Shown here: positions 18,302 to 27,206 of the stretch, one piece after another | Layout of the letters: every line of letters starts with the position of its first letter | How positions within the stretch are numbered: position 1 is the first letter of the stretch | Assembly (NCBI GenBank): GCA_038227875.1 | Contig: JBBRPR010000010.1 | Coordinates: 64,001-128,000, forward strand | Length of the DNA stretch: 64,000 nt | Direction: 5' to 3' | Source: Planctomycetota bacterium | GTDB taxonomy: Bacteria; Planctomycetota; SZUA-567; H5-PLA8 | Made by a program: the position numbers and the translations under genes | The notes under the pieces: model-generated | The model's input: the letters and a program-made list of their open reading frames with translations, nothing else | What the model was told of the DNA's origin: nothing | Databases searched by the model: none

Positions 18302-20068
18302 ATGCGCAGTTTAGTCTGCTGCTCCCGTACCTTGACGTTGTCGATGGTTTTCGCCATGGCCGGATTCTGTTTTGCGCTCGCTACGGCGTCGCGTGAGACG
18401 ACGGTATCGGTGGAGGACCGCGGCGTCGGTACTTTCTTGCCACTGCGGTACACCAACCCCAACGTCTTTGTCAACGGAGTGGCCTCCGCTGAATTCGACC
18501 TGGGCGACGTGGCGGCGACGCAGATCATCACGCGCTACATCTCCGCGGAAGGCGGCCTCAAGCCGTATCGCTTCACCTCGTCGGGCACGCAGAGCCTCGA
18601 CGCCGCAGTCGGCGCCACGGACTCGACGCTGACGCTGGGACTTTCCGGCGTGGTCTCCGGACGCATGTCCTCGCGCATCCCGTCCGTCCCGCTGATCATG
18701 CTCGGCAGCAGCTCCTATCTGACGACTCCCGGCACGCCCGGCTTCCGCTTCAAGGTCTCCCTGCAGGATGCCAAGGGCACGGCAGGTGATGTCGTGAACG
18801 GCTTCTTCAATCTGTTCTTTGTCACCGCCGACAAATTCAAATTCTGCATCGACGCCCTGCCCACTGGCCGCGTGCAGGACTCGTACATGACGAAAGTCGA
18901 AACCATGGGTGGCGCTGGCGCCGTGACGGTCTCGGTCGCCTCGATCTCCGGTGCAGCCACGACGCTGAAAGACCTCGGTTTGTCGATTGGCAGCGACGGC
19001 ACGATTTACGGCAAACCGCTCGTCACCGGAACTGTGACGATTGTGCTCCACGCCGTGGATAGCAAGAACAATGTCGCGCTCAACCGCGCCCGGACCGCCG
19101 CCGATCAGAGCCTGACGCTGGTGATCAATCCCAACACGATCACATCGTCGGATATGGTCACCACCAGCTGCTCCGTCACCGGCGACACCGCCAAGCAGGG
19201 CAACGATCGCCTCCGTTACTCGGGCATCGTCAACGTACTCGGCCAGGACAACTTCGCGATCGCCAACTCGGTGGTCACCTTCCACCTCGGCGGCATCTCG
19301 TTCACCGGCACGCTGGACAAGAAGGGTTCGTTCAAGGCCACGCTGGCCGACCTTTCGGTGGTCAGTGCGAAGATCAATGCGTCGTCCGGCATGTTTAGCA
19401 TCAGCATCACCAAGGGTACGTTCAGCAAGGTACTCAACGCCACCACCTTCAAGAATGGCGACAAGACGCGCGAAGCACTGGCTGTCGTCGTCGGCGACGC
19501 AGTGGGAACGGCGGAAGTGCTCGACTTCGCCACGAAAGTGAACGGCACCAAGTACGCGTTGAATTACCGCCTCGGCAGCCAGGGTTCGAATGCTGGCGGC
19601 GCGTTCCAGCTCGTGAAGGTTCAGGGCAAGGATCAGACCGGCGCCAACGGAGCCGCGGCTGACAAGTGGAACGTGAAGTTCATTGCGCTCGCCCCTGTGG
19701 GCCTGGGGACGACGCAGGGCACCACCAACGTCACCACCGCGCAGTTGCGCATCGGTACGAATTTCATCTCGAAGTTGCCGGCCAGCGGCAGGAATGCGGC
19801 GCGCGGCTTCTCGTTCCGTGGCAGCTCCGGAAGCCTGGTTCGCAGCCTGACCTTGTCGTCGAAGAACGGCGTCGGCAGCTTCAGCACGGCGGCCCTCGCG
19901 CCGTCGCAGACGGGCCTGCAGCCGGCCTCCCAGTCGCCGCGTTTTGGCAACATTTTCTTCCCCGTCGGATTGGATCTGACGCGCTCGGGTACGACGTTCA
20001 CGGGTGAACACGCGCGCCGCATCTTCGGCGTGAGAAATGTGTACAACGACGTGCCGCCCAAGCGCTAG
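18302..20068 (+). CDS. Secreted T/S/G-rich surface protein with putative Ig (He_PIG-like) repeats
   Basis: RBS AGGAGG; signal peptide; GGLKPYRF and LPTGRVQDSY...GLSIGSDGTIYGKP Ig-like motifs. Confidence 0.75.
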   Translation: MRSLVCCSRTLTLSMVFAMAGFCFALATASRETTVSVEDRGVGTFLPLRYTNPNVFVNGVASAEFDLGDVAATQIITRYISAEGGLKPYRFTSSGTQSLDAAVGATDSTLTLGLSGVVSGRMSSRIPSVPLIMLGSSSYLTTPGTPGFRFKVSLQDAKGTAGDVVNGFFNLFFVTADKFKFCIDALPTGRVQDSYMTKVETMGGAGAVTVSVASISGAATTLKDLGLSIGSDGTIYGKPLVTGTVTIVLHAVDSKNNVALNRARTAADQSLTLVINPNTITSSDMVTTSCSVTGDTAKQGNDRLRYSGIVNVLGQDNFAIANSVVTFHLGGISFTGTLDKKGSFKATLADLSVVSAKINASSGMFSISITKGTFSKVLNATTFKNGDKTREALAVVVGDAVGTAEVLDFATKVNGTKYALNYRLGSQGSNAGGAFQLVKVQGKDQTGANGAAADKWNVKFIALAPVGLGTTQGTTNVTTAQLRIGTNFISKLPASGRNAARGFSFRGSSGSLVRSLTLSSKNGVGSFSTAALAPSQTGLQPASQSPRFGNIFFPVGLDLTRSGTTFTGEHARRIFGVRNVYNDVPPKR

Positions 20069-20089
20069 ACGCCTTTTATAAACGTACAC

Positions 20090-20122
20090 ACTGAGGACTA
20101 CGAGAGTTTCGTAGTCCTCAGT
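20090..20122 (+). terminator. Hairpin/terminator after surface protein gene
   Basis: ACTGAGGACTACGA-GAGTT-TCGTAGTCCTCAGT 14-bp stem followed by TGTTT. Confidence 0.7.
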
Positions 20123-20143
20123 TGTTTGATAGGAGAAAAATAA

Positions 20144-20365
20144 ATGTCCGACGAAACCGTCAATCCCTGGCAGCTGGCTGAAGAAGGCTGGGCCGAACTG
20201 GTCGCCGCCGCCGCCAAGATTCAGAAAGCGTCCAACCTGATCAAGAAAACCGACCGCAGCGTTGACGGCTACAACGTCGAACGCTCGCTCAACAAGCATA
20301 AGCCGGCGCTGATGACCGAACACTACGAAGGCTTGAAGTTGCACCGGCAGGAACACAAGCTCTAA
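20144..20365 (+). CDS. Small hypothetical protein (73 aa)
   Basis: Strong RBS AGGAG, GC3-biased codons, helical amphipathic sequence. Confidence 0.7.
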   Translation: MSDETVNPWQLAEEGWAELVAAAAKIQKASNLIKKTDRSVDGYNVERSLNKHKPALMTEHYEGLKLHRQEHKL

Positions 20366-20457
20366 GACGCACCATTGCTGAAGTTCGACGGCTTGCGTTT
20401 GCGCGCGGATCTGTTCCGGCGCAGGCTGACTCTGCCCACTTTTAGGACATTGTATAA

Positions 20458-21531
20458 ATGGGAAAGCTTGCTGAAGTTCTCCAGCCGTTCGTCGACCGCC
20501 GCGCACTGGCCGGCGCGGTGGCGCTGGTCGCCAACGCCGACAAAGTGCTCGCCGTGGAGACCGTCGGCTTTGCCGACATCGCCGCGAAGAAGCCGATGCG
20601 CCCGGACACGATGTTCTGGATCGCTTCGCAGAGCAAGCCGATCACCGGCGCGGCGCTGATGATCCTGGTCGACGAAGGAAAGGTTGACGTCGAGGACCCG
20701 GTCGAGAAGTACCTCCCCGAATTCAAAGACCAGATGCTGATCGCCGTGAAAGACGAGCATTTCACGGTGCTGAAGAAGCCCGACCATCCGATCAAGGTCC
20801 GCGAAGTCCTCTCGCACACCAGCGGCCTGGCGTTCTGCACGCCGATGGAAAGCCCGACGCTCGACGCGTTGACCCTGCGCGATTCGGTGCGCTCGCACGC
20901 GATTATGCCGCTGCAGTTTCAGCCTGGAACGAAGTACCAGTATTCCAACGGCGGCACGAACACCGCGGGACGGATCATCGAAGTCGCAAGCGGCATGCCC
21001 TACGAGGAATTCCTCGACGAGCGCCTGTTCAAACCGCTGGGGATGAAGGATACGACGTTCTGGCCGAACGAAGAACAGCTCTCGCGGCTGGCCAAGGCCT
21101 ACAAACCGACAGACGACAAGACCAACATGGTTGAGTTGCTGATCGGGCAACTGCGCTATCCGTTGTGGGACCGCTCGCGCAATCCGATTCCCGCGGGTGG
21201 ATTGTTCTCAACCGCCAGCGATTGCGCGCGATTCTGCCAGATGGTGCTCAACGGCGGCACGTTCGGAGGCCGGCGCTACATCAGCGAAGCGTCGATTAAA
21301 CGGATGCTCGCCCGCGAGACGGCCCCGACGCTGCCGGAACACTACGGATTCGGCTGGGCGACGGACGCCGACGGGTCCTACGGCCACGGCGGCGCGTTCG
21401 CGACCAACATGAAAATCAATCCGGCGCGCAAGCTGATCACCGTCTGGCTGATTCAGCACGTCGGCTTCCCCAACGACGGCGACAAAGCCCACGGCGTATT
21501 CTTGCAGACCGCGCTGACGCAATTCTCGTAA
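20458..21531 (+). CDS. Serine hydrolase, beta-lactamase class C family
   Basis: SQSK (SxxK), LSHTSGL, YSN, PAGGLFST, HGG motifs. Confidence 0.9.
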   Translation: MGKLAEVLQPFVDRRALAGAVALVANADKVLAVETVGFADIAAKKPMRPDTMFWIASQSKPITGAALMILVDEGKVDVEDPVEKYLPEFKDQMLIAVKDEHFTVLKKPDHPIKVREVLSHTSGLAFCTPMESPTLDALTLRDSVRSHAIMPLQFQPGTKYQYSNGGTNTAGRIIEVASGMPYEEFLDERLFKPLGMKDTTFWPNEEQLSRLAKAYKPTDDKTNMVELLIGQLRYPLWDRSRNPIPAGGLFSTASDCARFCQMVLNGGTFGGRRYISEASIKRMLARETAPTLPEHYGFGWATDADGSYGHGGAFATNMKINPARKLITVWLIQHVGFPNDGDKAHGVFLQTALTQFS

Positions 21532-21533
21532 AT

Positions 21534-21573
21534 AAAAGAAGCCTGCGCCCGACTTCGGGCGCAGGCTGTTTTT
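21534..21573. terminator. Bidirectional intrinsic terminator
   Basis: AGCCTGCGCCCG...CGGGCGCAGGCT stem with flanking A and T runs between convergent genes. Confidence 0.85.
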
Positions 21574-21578
21574 CGACG

Positions 21579-23702
21579 TTACTTCTTCAGAATGGCATCA
21601 TACTTGGAACGCGGAACAGGACGGTAGTCCCACGGTTCCAACGTGAACGACGCACGTCCGCTCGAGAGTGAACGCGAGATACTGGAGTACGCAAACATCT
21701 CGCTCAGCGGCGCGCGCCCGCGGATGACCTTCAAACTGCCGCGGTCGCTCACCTCGATGATTTCCACCCGGCGTGCATTCAAGTCGCCGATGATCGCGCC
21801 CAGCGCCGTGTCCGGGAGCACCACTTCCAGCGTCATCACGGGCTCCAGCAGGATCGGCTTCGCCATCGCCGCAGCCATCCGGAACGCCTTCGCGCCCGCG
21901 ATTTCAAACGCGAGACTCGACGAGTCCTTAATGTGGATCTCCCCGTCCGTCACACGAACCCGGGTATGAATCAACGGATAGCCAGACCCGAGAATTCCCG
22001 ATCGTGCGGCATAACGCACCCCTCTTTCAATCGCCGGAATGTATTCCTTGGGAATCGTTCCGCCCACAACAGCGGACTCGAACACCAGATGATCCTGCTC
22101 GTCATTTTGGAACGGTTCGACTTCCAACGTGCAGACTCCAAACTGACCCGGTCCGCTGTTCTGCTTGACGTGCCGGCCTTCGGCCTCGGCGGCAACCGTG
22201 ATCCTTTCACGGTACGCCACGCGCGGCGCTCCGACCTCGACTGCCACCTTGTAATCGCGCGCCAGCTTCTCGCGGATGGTCTCCAGATGCAGTTCGCCCA
22301 TGCCGGAGATGACCAGTTGCCCGGTCTCCGAATCAAACGCGTGCGTAAACGTCGGATCGTCCTTGCTCAACTTCACCAACGCGTACGCCAGCTTCTCCGC
22401 CTCGGCGTTCGACTTCGATTCGACGGCCATCGAAATCACCGCGTCCGGGAAGGTTGGCGCTTCGAGCACGATCGGCGCTGACTCCACGCAGAGCGTGTCG
22501 CCAGTCCGCGTTTCACGGAGACCCGTGAGCGCGACGATCTGTCCGGCCATCGCCGACTGCAGCGTCGCCACGTTCGCGCCCTGCAGCCGGAAGATGCGCT
22601 CGACGCGCTCGCACCGTCCCAGCCTCGGGTTGAACACGGCTTGGCCGCGAGAGAGCGTTCCCGAATAGATTCTGACCATGGTCAACGCTCCGTATTGGTC
22701 GTGCAGAGTCTTGAACGCCAGACCCGTCAACGGGCCGTCGGGGTCCGCTTGTCTTTCGATCGTGCGCTCCGAACAGCTCGGATCGCTGCCATGGATAGTG
22801 CGTTCGGCTGGCGACGGCAGATACGCAACGACTGCGTCAAGCAACTGCTGTACGCCCATGTAGTGCTGCGCCGTGCCGCACACGACCGCGCAGGCCCGTC
22901 CGGCCACCGACACCCGCCGGATTGCCGCCACCAATTGCGCGGCGTCCGGTTGTGTGTCGTTCAGGAAGAGCTCCGCCATCTCCGTATCGAGATCCGCCAG
23001 CGTCGAGAACAGCTGCTGACGCTGCCGTGCGGCTTCGCTGGCCAACTCCACTTCAATCGCCGACTCGACCATGCGCGTGCCGGTACCTTCGGCGTTGGCT
23101 TCGAATTGGAATTGCCGCATCGCGATTAGGTCGATCACGCCGCGGAAGTCTTGGCCGCTGCCGACGGGCGACTGCAGCGGCAACGCTTTCGCATCCAGCC
23201 GCCGCCCGATTTCCGAGACCACGTTGGCGAAGTCCGCGCCCACGCGATCCATCTTATTGACGAAGCAGACGCGCGGCACGTTGAACTTGTCGGCCTGCCG
23301 CCAGACGGTCTCCGACTGCGCCTGAACGCCGTCGACGGCGGAGAAGACCACGACCGCGCCGTCGAGCACCGACAGCGCGCGCTGCACTTCAACCGTGAAG
23401 TCGATGTGCCCGGGCGTGTCGATGACGCAGATCGCGTGGCCGTTCCAATGGCAGGAGACGAGCGCCGCCTTGATGGTGATGCCGCGATTGCGTTCGGTCG
23501 GGTCGAAGTCCGTCGTCGTGTTGCCGGAATCCACGTCGCCGGACTTGTGCTGCGCGCCGGCGATGAACAGCACGCGCTCGGTACACGTGGTTTTTCCCGC
23601 ATCGATGTGCGCAATGATGCCGATGTTCCGCATGCGCAGGATCGCCGCGAGGTGTTCGGACCTGAGATTGGAATTCGTCAGTCGTAGATTCAGAGCACTC
23701 AT
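21579..23702 (-). CDS. fusA: Elongation factor G paralog (stand-alone, divergent)
   Basis: AHIDAGKTT, RGITI, DTPGH, NKMD, GMGELHLE, PRVAYRE, LLEPVM; not in an rpsL-rpsG-tuf operon. Confidence 0.85.
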   Translation of the reverse strand: MSALNLRLTNSNLRSEHLAAILRMRNIGIIAHIDAGKTTCTERVLFIAGAQHKSGDVDSGNTTTDFDPTERNRGITIKAALVSCHWNGHAICVIDTPGHIDFTVEVQRALSVLDGAVVVFSAVDGVQAQSETVWRQADKFNVPRVCFVNKMDRVGADFANVVSEIGRRLDAKALPLQSPVGSGQDFRGVIDLIAMRQFQFEANAEGTGTRMVESAIEVELASEAARQRQQLFSTLADLDTEMAELFLNDTQPDAAQLVAAIRRVSVAGRACAVVCGTAQHYMGVQQLLDAVVAYLPSPAERTIHGSDPSCSERTIERQADPDGPLTGLAFKTLHDQYGALTMVRIYSGTLSRGQAVFNPRLGRCERVERIFRLQGANVATLQSAMAGQIVALTGLRETRTGDTLCVESAPIVLEAPTFPDAVISMAVESKSNAEAEKLAYALVKLSKDDPTFTHAFDSETGQLVISGMGELHLETIREKLARDYKVAVEVGAPRVAYRERITVAAEAEGRHVKQNSGPGQFGVCTLEVEPFQNDEQDHLVFESAVVGGTIPKEYIPAIERGVRYAARSGILGSGYPLIHTRVRVTDGEIHIKDSSSLAFEIAGAKAFRMAAAMAKPILLEPVMTLEVVLPDTALGAIIGDLNARRVEIIEVSDRGSLKVIRGRAPLSEMFAYSSISRSLSSGRASFTLEPWDYRPVPRSKYDAILKK

Positions 23703-24060
23703 AAAGATTCGCTTTCTGGTGTGACAAAAGCACACCGGCCCCGTTGCGCGGGCGAGAATGTGTGCACGCGCAACGGTGGAATTAAAATTTGAACCGTAAG
23801 CGGACGCGCGCGCAGACGAATCGTCTGGCGGCACGGGCTTACACAGGGATCAATGAGGGCAGGGGAGCTCGCGGCAGCTGAACGAGCGGCTAGCGGCCGC
23901 AAGCCAGCTTATATTGCGTGACGGCACCTCGGTGCGAGGCGGCGAGCTGCATTCGGTGTGAGGATACGGAACATGGCAGCATTCCCAAATGGGCCCAGGT
24001 CGGCCGAGTGTGTCCGGATCACTAAATCACATGGAATGGGAGAATGCAAATCGGGCTGCG

Positions 24061-24816
24061 CTATAAACCTTCGCGCAATTCCTTCAGCGGAAAATTCTTC
24101 CCCGGGCAGGCGGTGCTGCCGCCGAGGCGCACTTGGTTGTGGCCGACCACGCTCGTGCCGGAAATGCTGTACTGGTGGCAGAGGCGAGTGATCAGCTTCT
24201 TCAGGGCGACAAGTTGTGCGGGGGTCGGGACATCCTGATCGAAGTTTCCCACCAGGCAGATGCCGATGCCGTGTTCGTTGTATTCGGTGGAGTTGGCGTG
24301 CGCGCCGGCTTCCTGGCTGTACCAGCGCGGACCGGCGACGATCGCGCCGTCGCCCTGGTCGGTGCCATTGCCGATCACGAAGTGGTAGCCGAGGCACTTC
24401 CAGCCGCGCTGCCGGTGGGCGACGTCGAAGATCTCCGCGCTGCCACGCACGCTGGCGGAGTGATGCAGCACGATGTATTTCCATTCGCGCGGCGGAGCAT
24501 TGGGGTCCGTGGTGAGCACTTCGTCGGTGAAAACGGCCGGCGCGGTCCATTTCATCGGCGGCTTGAGCGGCTTGGGATTGGGCACGGGACCGGAGGCGGC
24601 AAACAGTGCCCAGGAGCCGAGCGCCACGCAAATCGCCAGAATGCCGCCGCGGATCAGCACATCGACGACCGGATGCGCCGGCTTGCCGCCGGCAGCGGCG
24701 GGATTCGCGCTGCGGACTTTGTTTCTACGCGGTCGCGGGTACGATGAACCTGCCTGCCCGGCGGGAAGATGCAGCCCTGCGCGCATGCCGGAGAAGAAAT
24801 CCGTGATGAATCGCAT
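24061..24816 (-). CDS. Membrane-anchored N-acetylmuramoyl-L-alanine amidase (Amidase_2/PGRP-like)
   Basis: IVLHHSA, GYHFVI, GAHA, IGICLVGNF, VVGH...TACPG (Zn ligands H,H,C); N-terminal TM. Confidence 0.85.
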   Translation of the reverse strand: MRFITDFFSGMRAGLHLPAGQAGSSYPRPRRNKVRSANPAAAGGKPAHPVVDVLIRGGILAICVALGSWALFAASGPVPNPKPLKPPMKWTAPAVFTDEVLTTDPNAPPREWKYIVLHHSASVRGSAEIFDVAHRQRGWKCLGYHFVIGNGTDQGDGAIVAGPRWYSQEAGAHANSTEYNEHGIGICLVGNFDQDVPTPAQLVALKKLITRLCHQYSISGTSVVGHNQVRLGGSTACPGKNFPLKELREGL

Positions 24817-25006
24817 GACTGGCCCAGGGTTGCAAGGTCATCGCGGCGTTAGTACGTGTGTGTCCGCATTGCCGCGCCGATGCGACAATTTAAGTGCTCG
24901 TTTGGTATCGGCAGAATTCGGAACAGAAAATAGCAATTTGCGGAATGCCCTCTCCATAGGGTAGTTTAAGAAATCGCAATCGTAGGACTGACAAGGGACG
25001 GGTTGA

Positions 25007-25504
25007 ATGCAGAAGCCGAAGCCGGCCGCCACAGAGAAGAAAGAGTACCGCCAGACCGTGGCGACCAACTCCAAGGCGCGGCACGACTACTTCGTCGAAG
25101 AGACGATCGAGGCCGGTGTGGAGCTTCACGGCAGCGAGGTGAAGAGCCTGCGCATGCGCCGCGTGAATTTTGCGGATTCCTATGCGCGCGTGTACGAGAA
25201 CGAATGCTGGCTGATGGGTCTGCAACTCAACACCTACGACAAGGCCCACGTCGAGATTCCCGATCCCATCCGCCGGCGCAAGCTGCTGCTCAGCCGCCGC
25301 GAAATCGAAAAGATCCGCGCCAAAAGCGAGATTTCCGGCCGCACCATCGTGCCGCTCGAGATCTACTTCAAAGGTCGCTGGGCGAAAGTGCTGCTGGGAC
25401 TGTGCAAAGGCAAAACTCACGGCGACAAGCGCGAGACGCTGAAAGCCGCCGAAGTTAAACGCGACATCGCGCGCATCATGAAGTCGGTACGCAGCGGCCG
25501 TTAG
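25007..25504 (+). CDS. smpB: SsrA-binding protein
   Basis: NSKARHDY, EAGVELHGSEVKSLR, RKLLL, KGKTHGDKRE. Confidence 0.95.
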   Translation: MQKPKPAATEKKEYRQTVATNSKARHDYFVEETIEAGVELHGSEVKSLRMRRVNFADSYARVYENECWLMGLQLNTYDKAHVEIPDPIRRRKLLLSRREIEKIRAKSEISGRTIVPLEIYFKGRWAKVLLGLCKGKTHGDKRETLKAAEVKRDIARIMKSVRSGR

Positions 25505-25511
25505 TGGCTGC

Positions 25512-25546
25512 AAAAAAACTCGCCGCGTTTCCGCGGCGAGCTTTTT
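25512..25546. terminator. Bidirectional intrinsic terminator
   Basis: A7-CTCGCCGCG-TTTC-CGCGGCGAG-CT5 between convergent genes. Confidence 0.85.
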
Positions 25547-25565
25547 CCCATTCCCGTCGATTCCG

Positions 25566-26828
25566 TTACTTCAGCTTCAATTCCGAGAGTTCCACCACGC
25601 GCTTTTCCAAGCGGGCTTTTTCAGCGGCGAAGACGATCGCGTGCGAGCGCAGGGATTCGTCGGTGCCGGTGAGCACCAGCGATGGATCGTTCTTGCGCAT
25701 CGCGTTCATGAAGTTTCGCATCAACAGGTCGTCGGCTCCACCGTGGCTACCGGTGCCAAAAGGAATTTTCGTCGTCTCCACGGCGCGGTCGGCATGGCGG
25801 TGGACTTCGATCGTGTTGGAATCGGATTCCGCGCGGATGAATCCCGTCGTGCCGTGGATGCGCAGGAAACGTCCGCCGAACGGCGTGAACGCGGTCATCG
25901 TGAACGTGCCGGTGATGCCGCCGGCGAATTCGAAGTTCACCACCTGATGATCGACGACATCGTTGTCGGTCTGGAAGACACACTTGTCGAAGGGCGTGTG
26001 CTTCAGCGCCACCAGACGTTCCGCCGCGGTCTTCTGCGTGAAGCCGGCGTGATGCGCGACCCAGTGGTTGTTCTCCTGCGCGTAAATCTTCAATGAGGAG
26101 TACGGACAACTGAACTCCGCCGGACACCCGTCCGTGCAGTATGGCGGCGCGCCTTTCGGAGCGTGCTCCTTGCGGAAATAGGTCAGCGAACCAAACGAGC
26201 TCACGCGTTCGCACGGCTTGCCGACGATCCACGAAAACATGTCGATGTCGTGGCAGGTCTTGGCCATCAGCATGAACGTGCTTCGGGAGGTATTGCCCCA
26301 ATTGCCGCGGACGAAGCTGTGCGACTGGTGAATGTGCTCGACGGCTTCGAGCTGGTCGAAGCTGACCATCTGGCCGATGGCTCCGGCGTCGAGCAGCCTT
26401 TTGACTTCCGTGTACACGGAGCTGTAGCGCATGCTGTGGCAGACGCAGACGATGCGATTGTTGGCCTGCCGCGCTTTGTCGATGGCGATGCAATCTTCCA
26501 ACGACGTCGCCATCGGCTTTTCGAGAATCATGTGATAGCCGAGATTCAAACCTTTCACGGCCGATGCAACGTGAAGGCGATCCATGGTGGTGTTGATCAG
26601 GACGTCGGCGAGCTTGGGTTTGGCGAGCAGATCTTCCCAGCGTTCAAACTGCAGGTCCGCGGGAATGTTGTGCGCCTCGGCGACGTTCTTTCGTCGTTCC
26701 GGATTGGGTTCCGCGACGGCGACGACGCGTCCCGCGTCAGGATGGCCTTTGATCCAGTTGGAAAAATTAGTCCCGCGTCCACCAGCACCAATGATGGCGA
26801 AGGTAAAAGCTTGCTGCAGGTTGCTCAT
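25566..26828 (-). CDS. Gfo/Idh/MocA family oxidoreductase
   Basis: IIGAGGRG, LEKPM, HSFVRGNW, KTCHDID, HGGAD. Confidence 0.9.
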   Translation of the reverse strand: MSNLQQAFTFAIIGAGGRGTNFSNWIKGHPDAGRVVAVAEPNPERRKNVAEAHNIPADLQFERWEDLLAKPKLADVLINTTMDRLHVASAVKGLNLGYHMILEKPMATSLEDCIAIDKARQANNRIVCVCHSMRYSSVYTEVKRLLDAGAIGQMVSFDQLEAVEHIHQSHSFVRGNWGNTSRSTFMLMAKTCHDIDMFSWIVGKPCERVSSFGSLTYFRKEHAPKGAPPYCTDGCPAEFSCPYSSLKIYAQENNHWVAHHAGFTQKTAAERLVALKHTPFDKCVFQTDNDVVDHQVVNFEFAGGITGTFTMTAFTPFGGRFLRIHGTTGFIRAESDSNTIEVHRHADRAVETTKIPFGTGSHGGADDLLMRNFMNAMRKNDPSLVLTGTDESLRSHAIVFAAEKARLEKRVVELSELKLK

Positions 26829-27206
26829 TTACGGAGCTCCAAGAGGGAAGGGTTTCGATCACAAACTGTGTGTCCAGATTCGACCAAACAATCTAGTACA
26901 CCTCGTCCGGCGTACAACATCTAGTTCTGTCCATTTGTCTACTTGAGTACACCGTGACTTCGGATAATTCTGAAATTGTGAGGAGTATGGACAGCAGTCC
27001 ATTCTCCCTTAGTGACTCGAGTCACGAAGGTGTCAAAATGACCAACTCGGGCCACGTGGCCTCTGCGCCGTATCGGCCGCGGGCAAATTTGACCGCGGCC
27101 GAAACGACAGACCTCAAAATGGCCCGCGTCGATTCATCAGAATTTGCGACGGATGTGCTGAACTTCGCCCCTCTTAGGTAGCCTCAAGCCACCCGCGGAG
27201 CCCTTC

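Noticed and set aside
18311..20506. 731-aa minus-strand ORF
   Set aside because: Antisense to the Ig-repeat gene, which has the RBS and signal peptide.
20458..21531. True beta-lactam resistance gene
   Set aside because: No signal peptide, and it has the HGG esterase-type motif; a generic serine hydrolase.
24817..25006. Possible tmRNA next to smpB
   Set aside because: No GGGG 5' end, TCCACCA 3' end or tag reading frame seen here or at 23.7-24.06 kb.
26954..27181. 75-aa ORF in the divergent intergenic region
   Set aside because: Atypical codon usage, overlaps palindromic regulatory-looking DNA, no motif.
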